Source: Mytilus edulis (taxonomy: Eukaryota). From it: 64,000 nt of DNA. Shown piece after piece: positions 52,812 through 64,000 of this stretch. A model generated the notes under the pieces. That model had not been told where the DNA came from. It searched no databases and worked only from the letters and a program-made list of their open reading frames with translations. Location of the stretch: contig NC_092352.1 of NCBI RefSeq assembly GCF_963676685.1, positions 30,256,001 through 30,320,000 on the forward strand, given 5' to 3'. The translations under genes and the position numbers were made by a program. Position 1 is the first letter of the stretch. Each line of letters opens with the position of its first letter.

Positions 52812-53260
52812 CTGCATGAGCATAACTTCTTCCATCAACTTCTTGTTCAACTCCAGTTCAACCTTGACCTCTGAAACAAGCACCTGCCACTTGGTACTGA
52901 CATCCTTAGCAGCATGCAAAGAAGCCTCATCCAGAAGTCGAAGGATATATTTGGCAAGATGGACTGGTAGATATCTAATGAAGTCCTTAAAGTGGGACAC
53001 ACCAGAATGGGCCTTCGCTGAAGAGGGAATGACCATAAGGGCAGGGTCCAGTGATGACAGGCTAGTCTCATCATGAAAATCATGGGGATCTAATATCTGA
53101 GGTCTTATTGCTTGTCTGATCTTTTTACCAGTGATTGGGTCTCTTGTTGGAGAACCATATTCTGGGGACAAACTAATAAGCATGTCCAGTTCAGGATGGT
53201 CATCTGTTTTATACGAATATTCTGTCTCACAAATGGACGAAGATTCAAGATGGTCATCAT
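52812..53260 (-). CDS. FBXW10: FBXW10-like exon containing the F-box (DFIRYLPVHLAKYILRLLD...VSTKW)
   Basis: 449 nt; ttttgcag acceptor in phase 1; CAG|GTAAAT donor. Confidence 0.88.
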
Positions 53261-56200
53261 CTGCAAAAATAAGAATTAGAAATTATTTTAAAATTATATA
53301 CTTAAATCATCTGATTTTTCTATATAGATAGAAGTAACGGGTAATCTAATGTACAGATCTATTGATATATAAGAGTTCATATAAACCCTCAACAAAATCG
53401 ATTCCTCTTATAATACTGAGTTCTACATGCAAATAATTAGAGTAAAGCATGTGTTTGAACAATCAAATATTCCATTATAAAATGTTATAAACTGTTGTTA
53501 ACCAATTAAACATAAAGTGGTTTTTAAGTGGAAATCAATTTAATCATCTTTTATTGCCTTTCTATAATTAGTGATCAAAGAGTTGTTTAAAAAGAGTTTT
53601 GTGATCTCACACGTGGAAAGACAGTATCTAAAACTATTAACTTAACATACTGATTGCTTTGTTTTGTAAATTAGGAACAATTATGTCTATAAACAGAGCA
53701 GTACTATGGTATATTGTAGTTACATACAAACACATTATATAGATATATACATGATATAAGAAGATGTGGTATGAGTGCCAATGAGACAACTCTCCATTCA
53801 AGTTACAATTTGAAAAAGAAAAACTATTATAGATCAAAGTACAGCCTTCAACAAGGAGCCTTGGTTCATACCGAAAACACCTAGCTATAAAGGGCCCCAA
53901 AAATAACAAGTGTAAAACCATTCAAAAAAAGGAAAATTCACAGTCTAATCTATATAATAAACGAGAAATAAAAACACTTATAAACCACATCAACAAGCAA
54001 CAACTACTGAACATCAGGATTCTGACTTCTATATTCTTAAAAGTTGCAACAGCATGACTGAAACAGTTTGAATGCTCAAATAACATTATATTAGGTAAAA
54101 TTTTGACCTTGACTTTGTAGCTCTATTCACAATTGACCCTTAGACTATAATTCTGCTGACATCAGCAAATAATTAATTAATGTAATATACTTTTCTCTCA
54201 GCACCAGCAAGACTAAAATTGTATGTGCTCATGTTGTTCTGACTTTTATCACTTTGAAGTCAGTAAGTATAATGACACATGAAAAAGTATAAGTGAGACT
54301 AAAACTTAATGCGATAATGACAGAGTATTAAAACTTGAAGACATTAACTATAATAAATTATAAGAGTACATGTAGTGCCGATTGTCTATAATCTCAACAG
54401 CATATAAAACATATTTCAATTACAATACATTAACTGGAGTGGTAAATATAAGATTTAATATCAATTTATTTCAATTTATCAAATTATCTTTGTATAAAAT
54501 GACAATGCATGTGACGCAGCAATGTGAGAATTATATAAGACAGTTTTATGAATAATCTTTGATGAATTTTGAACAATGCTGTTGTGAAGAGGTTTTGTGA
54601 GTATCCAACAATTCTAGACCATTCGTGCCGATGTGTTGATAAAAGAGCTAAATTAACAGTACAAAGGTTCCCAAATACATGGCTGTGAGTCAATTTATTC
54701 GGTAGAAATCTTTAAATCTTGGATTAGGTATTAAAAACATAATAATCCATTTAGTCTACCAAAAACTAATATCTGACAGGCTTACGACTACAGATTAAAT
54801 CATTGTAAAAATATGATATATAAAATCATAATTCATGTTTGAAGAAGAGCATTCTTTAAACATAAAGCAATGTCATAGCATGAAAGGCATTTAATCATCG
54901 GCTTTATAATATTAATGAGGGCGTTAAAGATTAGATATTCCATCCTCTTTACAGGACAGAAAGTTAGGATTAATTAAGAATGATATCATCAATTAATATA
55001 TTAATTTACTGTCCAAGTTCGATTTAAAATTTTTAGCACATTTTTTCTCAGACAAAATTTAATTCTTGTATTCTCATAAACTGATTCGTGCTTGTGTTAA
55101 TTAATTATTCCATATTTGTAAATGCTTCATACATGTAGAAGATATTAGCAAAATCTTAAACAAAACAGATTTTAAGGAAAAGAATTCATTAAAAGTATAC
55201 AGTGATTAATAGACATCAACCTAAAATAGTATTGCCCCGTAAGGGCCAGTTTCCATTATCATTTCCATTGTTCAATGGTCCTTGGAAATTGGAATAAAAC
55301 CTATAGTTTGGAATAACATTTTAACAGTTCATAATTATAATGATTGAACATAAGTATTAAATTTGAAGTTTATATGACAATATATGCATGGTAAAATGCC
55401 TGTAGAGACAAAAAAACAACTATAACCTAAGAATGTGACTGATTTCATACTATCACATTTCCATTTTCAGTGAATTGTGAAATTAAGGTCAAAACAGATA
55501 TTTGATGCATAATTCAAAAAGTGAACATCTACACTTAATTAGTTTCAAGTTGAGGTGAGACAACTTAAAACCCTAACGTTAACCTTATTAGAGGACAGTT
55601 GAACAGAATTACAGATGAATTTTCTAATGGAAGGATGCAAACATCAGATAAAATCATCAAACACTACTTACCTAAAAAGGGGAAGAAATGATCATCATCG
55701 TGTTTTTTTTTTAATCTAGTGTTTCATTCTTTTGGTTGCTTTTCCATCATTTAGGAAAAAAAACTTTCAATGACAATGCCTGAATGCCTATGAAGATGTT
55801 TCTTCACATAGTACAAATTTAAAAATAAGTTGTTAAAGTGGAGAATTCAGGCTTATAAAATTACATGTAATATTTTAGTGCCAGCCATATTGGAATGATT
55901 TTAATTGCAGTTACGATCATCACGTTGACACCAGTGAATTAGCTAAGGAGTACAAGTACAGAAACATTTGGTTTGATGAAATCAAGAATCAACCCCGCAC
56001 AATCAATATGAGCATGATTTCATTAGACCATGATGGAAAGAATGTAAAAAAGGCATGATTTAATTTTAATATCATTGACAACAAAACTGGTGTAACAAGA
56101 CTTTATATAGCAACATCATTAAAATTAAATCTTATATAACATCATATAAATTGATAAAATGTAGTAACCAATTTGAAGGAGCACTTATTTGACCATAAAG

Positions 56201-56967
56201 TTAATGTGTAACCAGTTAACAAATACTTTATTGAGTAAATAGAAATACAGAGTTTAAATTTTCTTTGATGTGAATCAATTTAATTTCAGCCAAAAAATCA
56301 ATTCATATATATTCAATTTCAAAATTAAACAATGTGTTAAGCTTTTTCTCTGTTGAGTAAAATAATATAATAAACTGATCAAATATGAGGCAATATATAT
56401 ACAATGAGGGCAATTCAGTTAAAAGATTTGGAAATTTAATTTTTAACAATAGAAAATTTTAATCAAATCTGACAGAATACAAGTCTATAAAACTATTACA
56501 GTAAGATTTATCAACATGAGTATTGCGTCAACAGGCACTACCTTAAAGATTATTAAAGTTTAATTCAAAATAGTAATGTGAAACATCAATATGCAAATAC
56601 AAAGATAACAAACACCTGCCAATATAAACTTTCATTTTGAATTTAAAAACGGAAAGTTCAATTCAAATATAAAATTTGGCCCTACAAATTAAACAGTTCA
56701 AATGACTATTAAGTAGGAGGAATTTTAAGGTTTGAACATTTAATTCTGTGAAGAATTTCAATAAAAAAGGCCCCACACTGTTAGATACATGTCTTTCCTT
56801 CAGTAGTATAGACATTTCACATGAAAACTTTTGAAACATCATATATATAAGGTTTTTACAACATTGGTTTGTTTGACCTGTACTCTAAAAAGTTAATCTT
56901 ATAAATAAATACAAACTTAGATAGAAGGTACAAATAGTTATCAAAGGTACCTGATTTATATTTTAGT

Positions 56968-57011
56968 ACGCCAGATGCGCGTTTCGTCTACACAAGACTC
57001 ATCAGTGAGGC
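56968..57011 (-). ncRNA. Partly degenerate minimal hammerhead ribozyme, sense to the FBXW10-like intron
   Basis: Reverse complement reads gcctca-CTGATGA-gtct tgtgt agac-GAAA-c gcgc a-TC-tggcgt, with one mismatch each in stems I and III. Confidence 0.55.
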
Positions 57012-59482
57012 TCATATCAAAATATTTATACAAAGATTGGATATTCAAATGGCAAAAATTTCTTGAAATATTAGGAAATAACAATATACATTTTGCTCAT
57101 TGTTGAAGACTGGTGCACTCCAGTCATGCTCCAGTGATTCACAATATAATCAACCAAATTTTTCCCACATAGGAGGGGCCGGGCCCCCTTGATCCGACTA
57201 AGATATTTGCCCTTGCATTCATTTCCCAGTTATAAATTGAACTGCCTAACTGTATTTCAACTCTGCTATGAAAATTGATAATAAAGTAATAAGTAGACAA
57301 AGTAAAAAATGCTGAAAATATAACCTTCCCATAGACGAATCAATAGAGTGTAAGCTCATGGTTTAGAATTTAATTCTATACAAAATAGAAAAAAACTTGT
57401 AAGGGACTTTAACATGTTTAATAATAAGATTAAACTAACAATGCATAATATGTAATTAAATTTAATACAAACGACCGTAAAATTCGGCAAAATAAATCAG
57501 CCTTTCTTAATGACAATTTAAGTTAAAGCACAATGTAACATATAATATATTCAAAGTAATGTTGGGTCAGTTCAGTCTGAGACTTTTATACTAGTTAGTA
57601 TAATGGTCCCAGATTTAGTCAACATGTCACTGTCAGGCTTTAAAAATGCTGCGAAGTGGCATTATACCATGGTATAATAGTGTCACATGTAGACCAGTCT
57701 TATGCCCTGGTTCCAAAAAATATTTGAGCCAGCAGGACATTTTCCCCCCAGACGTTATCATGTGAGACATAACAAAAAGCAATCAGGGTTATAATTTGGA
57801 CATCATAACAATGATTCAGATTGACATAAAAACAATATTAATCTTCAGACTTTTATGTATTGACAGTGGATCTTTCACAATGTGCAACATCAGCAGTCTT
57901 TGCATTCAACCACAGGCCAAATAGCCCAGGCATGTTAAATTACTGTGGGGCCTGTAAAAATTATCTCTTCAAGCCAATAGAATCTAATTAAAACTTTTTT
58001 TTCAGCTTCAGGGCTGTAAATTTAATATATTATGAAGACTACATCGGCATACTAAAACCGCTTTAATTAGCCTGAGATCTTAATTTATTCAAAATCTCAC
58101 TGTCAGAAACTTTTTTTTTACTTTTGTTGTGAAAATCCACAGCTTTTGGAGTACAGAAATGTAATGTCATCTGTTTAATGTGTTTGCCAGTATTCATTTT
58201 TTAGTGATGTTTTTTTTAAAATGGTAAAATAGCACAATTACCTTTAACAAAAACAGTATCCTGGTACAGGACAGACTAACGGGAAACTGGTCATCAATGG
58301 ATGCAGAGATTAGGAAAAATCTTGTAAATAAATATGAGGAACTTCTCAATGAATGATAAAAGACAGAGGACAGCAAGGATTCAATAATATATCCCAGATA
58401 ATTTATATTGGAGCAAAAGTTCTCCTTTTATCATAATCAATCTACAAACTTAGATAATTTTACAATCATGCATATGTGAAAATGTATTTTTCTCATTTTT
58501 ACATGCAGAATGTGAATTAATAAATGAATTACACAACATATTCAAACCTTGATTTGGTATCTAAATAATGAACTAGGCTGAAAAAATGTAACTACTAGAG
58601 TTAGTATTTTGTCTCGGCTTTGTATTTAATAATGGCATGGTCATATCAACTCACAATAATCTAGTATAAAAATTATCTTAAATGATTCAGTTGTACCCTT
58701 ATACTAAGATTACAACCATGACTACAAAATATAAACATGATTAAAATGTGTCATCTATGAAGCCATTTAACATGTTTAATAACCAAAAACCATTTAATAT
58801 GTGGTGCCAATATCTTCTTATATCAAACTAATTGCTGTCATTAACTCTACTTTCCTTTTAAGTATGTTTTTGTGCTTAATTCTTCATTTAAATTAAATAT
58901 ATATTTATGTTTTTAACCCTACCAATGTTATATACTGTAAGGTGTAAGCGATTACAGATAACACTGTCTGAAGTTATATCATATAATGTAAACATGGCTA
59001 AAGGCTTATTACTGTAGCAAAAAAAAGTTGATCTTAAAGAAGTCTAAACGTTGAGTGATAAATGTCAAAACCACGTAAACTGAAATTAGCCGCCATAATA
59101 CCACCGTAATAAGCCTGTGGTGGTCCAAGACACTTGGTAAAAGTTATAAGAGATTTTTATCAAAAGAAAGGCAACAAATTTGAATCAATAATTTTTATTT
59201 TTTCTTAGAGAAATAAGCTAATTATTATGTCCTACATATTACTTTGAAATTGCAATGTAGCATGCATGATACATGTAGATGTACAAATGGAATACACCGT
59301 AAATGTACTTCTATAATCACGTGCAGCAATTGATAAATGTTAACTCTAATGCAACATTGTTTGTAACGTTCATTTTGAAAGGATATCATAAGGTCGCCAA
59401 TTTTCATGGTGTTAATTTCGCAATTGATGCTATGAAAATGTATGCACAAGTATGATTTGACGTTGTTTTCTGTCAGTTTCAT

Positions 59483-59647
59483 TAGAATGAAAATAACAAT
59501 ATTGTATTTTAAGCTCCGAAGGCATTAATTGATGATTTGATGGTCGCCCCATTTACATGCTCTGCTAACGCCTTGCCAGTAAACTTAATTAGCAACCATC
59601 AAATCACCAATTGGTCGGAGCTTAAAATACAAAACATTTACTTCCTA
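59483..59647. mobile_element. Small hairpin MITE
   Basis: gtattttaagctccga...gatttgatggt is mirrored by accatcaaatc...tcggagcttaaaatac. Confidence 0.6.
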
Positions 59648-62299
59648 ATTGTTCTCAGACTCTAAATAAAAAGATTACCCAATATTTATTTTAATATCAA
59701 ATTACTGTATAAGATAAAAGTCTTAATTTTGAATAGAAAGAAAAGAGGCCAAATTCCAATCCTAAACAAAAACAGAAGTTTATATGTGCTTTTAAGGTGA
59801 CAATGCCACTCACAAGATTATAAAACAAATAAAATTTTAGATATACATATTAAAATGTAATATGTTCTGTAAACTTTAGTTGTAATAAATACCTTGTTTA
59901 AGTACAATTATGGCTCAAATTTCAAAGCATTAATAAAGTGATTTAAAGCTTTGAAACTAATATATATATGTTCAGTCAATGTGAAGACTTGACAATGTAA
60001 AAAACCTTTATTTCATCAAATAACAAACTAAACACGTATTGTAGCATTTAACCATGTAAGCAAAAAAAAAAAAAAGAATGCAGACACGAGACACTATTGT
60101 AATCATCCAAAAAATTATGTCATGATTCTGTATGCCTTTGTTTGACCTGTACAAATGCTGTTTGAAGATGTTGTTTAAAAAAAAAGAACCAAAATTTATC
60201 AATAGACAAGTTACTTCTGTAACATTTATAAAGGACTCTGTCATTCAACCATATTCATGTAAAACAGATACTTAATTTAACTACATTTGTACATGTATGT
60301 CTTTAAAGTCACCTTGATAAATCAACAGATATCATTTTATAAAACTGATTTTAATGAAATAAACATTTTTAACAATACAGAAGGATGCTACAGCTTACAT
60401 ATAGAATTCATGCAGAATCTTACAAAAAAATATAGGAATTTGTTATACATTGAAATTTTTGTGACTTACAAATGTACATAAGTCAAATTAAGTATTTTGT
60501 TTTCTCAAGATTTATTTGGGAAAAGACATTCAAATTTAACTATATAAGTTCATCTAACAGCTATAGGTTTTCAAATGAAAAGAATGATAAGCTCTGGAAA
60601 AAGGGAGGGCTTGTAAAATTAGAGGGTTTGGTTCAGGAGAATTTTTTTTTTTAAAATGTACATGTATAGGAATCATGGTAAAACCAGATGGATTTTGAAA
60701 AAAAACATGATCCCTAAATACAATGTATAGCTATATCATGATTATTTCAAATTAAAAAGACTTACAAAACCAAATGAACAGTTCCAATATATGCAGGTCA
60801 AAGTTATATTGATTCTGGTGTTACATGTACTTTTAAAAGTCAATATGAATAAATAGAATTACATGTACACAGTTAAAACATGGTAAACATGCACGCAAAT
60901 ACTTTTCATTTAAGACTTAAAATAAATATACCAATTGTGCCAAATCAACATGATCAACAAATGAAATTCTCAAATTTGCTTATATGGTGCTTATAGAATT
61001 AAAATAGAATTTCATGTTCATGTACATGTATATTTCCAGTTTTGATTGAATATTTGGTAATGAACCATAATATAAATGATCATAAATTTATTACATCCTC
61101 ATTCATCATGTTCATCTAAAACTTGCAAGTCATTCATACAATAAATAACATGGTCAGCATTATTTACTAAGTCATCTCCTTAACATGGAGGACATACTCA
61201 TACTTTCAATAACTTTATTTATGGACAAAAATATATAATCCCTTTAAATGAAACAATTAAATCTGAATAAATTTTAGTCTATGACTACAATGTATGCTTA
61301 CCCAAAAATCACCCAAAAACGTTTTAATTTTCTCTAGATTATTGTTACTTTATAATATATTTATGTTTAAGTAAGGAGAGAGCAGATTTAAAAATCACTT
61401 GAAAAAGATGAAAGTAATGGTCTTTTTATTATCACCCATAATAAATAAAAATAAACCTTATACTAAGTAAATTATCGATAAACATAAAACTGGGAACATA
61501 AATTTCTAAAGGAGATATACATGTATATATTTATTAGCATGCATAGGACGTGACTATAAGAGCAAGTGGGTGTGTACCCTCTATTTGAGGCTAACTACGA
61601 CATTGATTCTATAAAGAGATAGTGAAATACAGAAATATTTTTTGCAATTTATATACATGTATATTTACTTTGATATAAAGCATTTACAAATACACTGCTG
61701 AAGTTGAAATGTTTCTGAGGGTAGAACGACTCAACCTGCAATAGCCATGTGCCTGTCTGGAAGCTATATCTTGTTTAAAATGGAATTTTGAGTTGCTAGC
61801 ATTTTTTTATTTTTTTTAAAATATCTACTAAATTAATTCAGGACTTTTTCAACTCCAGACAATTTAGAGCATTATGACATTGTATTCTTATGCTGACCTC
61901 TATGATTTTTGTTTGTTTTGTTTTTGTTGTTTTAAGTTTTTGTTACGTTTTTTTTTAGGGTTAAATTTTCATACTGACAAGTAGCCCATAGCCACATACA
62001 CATTTCTTTTTCTAAGATATCATACATGTATTTGTTCAGAATGCAAATGTACGAAATTGATGTGAGTAGAATTTTTTTATTTTAGGACACCCAAATAATG
62101 AATACACTAGAAAAACCAAAGAGCTATCAAGCCCGCTTACTGTCTATGATGCCTGTCAACAGCTATTATTATTGACTAGATCGATTTTATAGACGTTCTA
62201 CATTCAAAATAGCTGTCGTATTTCAAAGTTGCTGTCAATCAGTTATTTTTGCCGTCTGCAGTTAAAATCGTCTTTCCGCTCGGCAGATTTGACCTTTAC

Positions 62300-62321
62300 C
62301 TTTTAATTCCTCTGATACCAT
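62300..62321 (-). CDS. Candidate (alternative) first coding exon of the FBXW10-like gene (MVSEELK, phase 1)
   Basis: Locally CpG-rich segment. ATG...AAAG|GTAAAG donor whose phase matches the acceptor at 53260. Confidence 0.38.
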
Positions 62322-63434
62322 CAGATAACGACGGCCCTTTAACAGACGTCCGTTTAATTAATTATAAGAAGTTAAATCTCGCGATCGATATCGTGAACGT
62401 TAACGTTGTTACAGTTATTACAATAACTATATAAGTAATTTATATTTGGTATTTCTTTCAAATTAATACAATTATCATGAATGCAAATTTTAATATTTAA
62501 GATTTAAAATTAACCGCTCAAAAGAATTGAAAAAGTCACATTTGTTCTTAATATTCTTAATTACCACAATTAAACATCGTCCAAAGCTTATGAGTTGTTT
62601 TCAAAAGCAGACCTACCTGAGTTTAATTCACATCAAAGGAAACCACCTTAATTAGTAGGAGCGGCTATTTGTCAATTTCAATGACAGTGTAATAAAAAAA
62701 AGTTGTATAATGAAGGAATGTTGAAATAGTTAATTGATTTATATAAATTAACATTATTGAAAGGATTCATATTGCTGAAATCGTACATTTTATCATACGT
62801 TTAATATAAAGATATTCAATTGAAAGACTTAGTATCATTATTAACAATTTTTTTTCTGTTGCTTTAGGTACACATATAGGTATGTGCGTATTTAACAGGC
62901 ACGCGATTTTTTTTATGAAAGTGTTTTTTAACATTTCATAATTCTTTTAAAGGGATTCAAACATCAGATTTGAGTGAATTATATAGACCGAATAACCTAA
63001 ATATTGCAATAAATCACGTGCCTGTTATTTTCCTGTTTTACAATTGTTTGATTTTTTAATTTGAAATTGTTTACGTTGACTAACAGTATCGTTTTATGAT
63101 AGAAAAGAGCAGACTTGTCTTTATTTGACTAACATTAATTTATTCTGTTTAGATTAGAATGCATGTATATGTAGCGTACAATATTCAAAAGTATTACCGA
63201 ATATAATACGGAGATGTTCATGTGAATAAATAATTAGTTAGTGTATTTTCCTAGGAAAACATCTTCAATCAGATGCAATCAAATAAAGTTAATATATTAC
63301 ATGCTTTCTTTTCCCTAATTGGTTATTAGAAGCCGAGATGTCAATTGATCAAATGTTATGTCAGAGGCTCACAGTTTACAGACATAAAAAATTGAGAATG
63401 GAAATAGTGAGAAATATAAATATTTTATAAACTC

Positions 63435-63593
63435 CAGGGGCGGATGCAGGAATTTTCGAAAGAGGGGTGCTAACCCAGGGCAAAGGGGGGTGGCAAAACA
63501 TATGTCCCGATACAAATGCATTGATCGGCAAAAATAAAGGGGGGTGCGCACCCCCGGAACCCCCCCCCCCCCCCCCCTCTGGATCCGCCACTG
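63435..63593. mobile_element. CAG(G/T)GGCGGAT MITE with 7-bp TSD TAAACTC
   Basis: taaactc|caggggcggatgcag ... ctggatccgccactg|taaactc. Confidence 0.75.
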
Positions 63594-64000
63594 TAAACTC
63601 TATGATTTCCACAAAGTAGTCTACACGAGAAACCTATTTTATACTGAAATATTACAGAAATCTTTTCAAACTCCTTCATACACGTGGGAAATATATGCTT
63701 TCTATAGTTCTACTATCATAGTATGCACGTTGTATTACTTGCTTTAATAATTATTTACTTGAATATCCGTACATGTACTTGCCGGAAAACTCTATTGTTA
63801 AAATCTATTCGTCGCCTCTTTGGTCAAGACGAATATAATATCCATGAAGAGAAGTACACGAAATAAACAGAAACTGTTTATATTACTTAATTGATTGGGT
63901 TTTTTTTTGTTTTTTTTTTCTCTTTCTATAGCACTCAGATTGTTGTTGACTTTATAGAAAAATTAACGATCACATTTAAAACAATTGTACGCAATTTAAC

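Noticed and set aside
55665-55700. Strong - strand donor AG|GTAAGT as an FBXW10-like exon
   Set aside because: The ATG-initiated frame ends in TAG, and the site lies at the end of a decayed repeat.
53637-60654. Many short ORFs in the ORF track
   Set aside because: AT-rich intronic or repeat-derived sequence without homology or compatible splice structure.

Overview
AT-rich, intron-containing animal genomic DNA. The repeat repertoire suggests a bivalve mollusc (Mytilus-like); this is an inference. The + strand from 0.3 to 36 kb carries a tandem cluster of three TMEM180/MFSD13A-like transporter genes (MFS_2/GPH family). All three share a four-coding-exon layout (~870-890/155/84/~265 nt). Copies A and B are intact. 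Copy C has a TAG and no in-phase splice donor at the end of exon 1, and a decayed duplicate of exon 1 inside its first intron. Between copies A and B is a recent BEL/Pao LTR retrotransposon (636-bp LTRs with no mismatch found by eye, TATAA target duplication). It lacks almost all of gag and is nested in a MITE. The - strand from 42 to 53 kb, possibly extending to 62.3 kb, carries an FBXW10/CDRT1-like F-box/WD40 gene with eight supported coding exons and a long basic tail. The rest is packed with non-autonomous DNA transposons, Helentron/HINE-like elements with internal tandem arrays, SINE-like repeats, a Penelope-like RT fragment and many Penelope/retrozyme-type minimal hammerhead ribozyme motifs. 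Two of these ribozyme motifs lie in sense orientation just downstream of transporter stop codons. All exon and repeat calls were made by eye; no searches were run.
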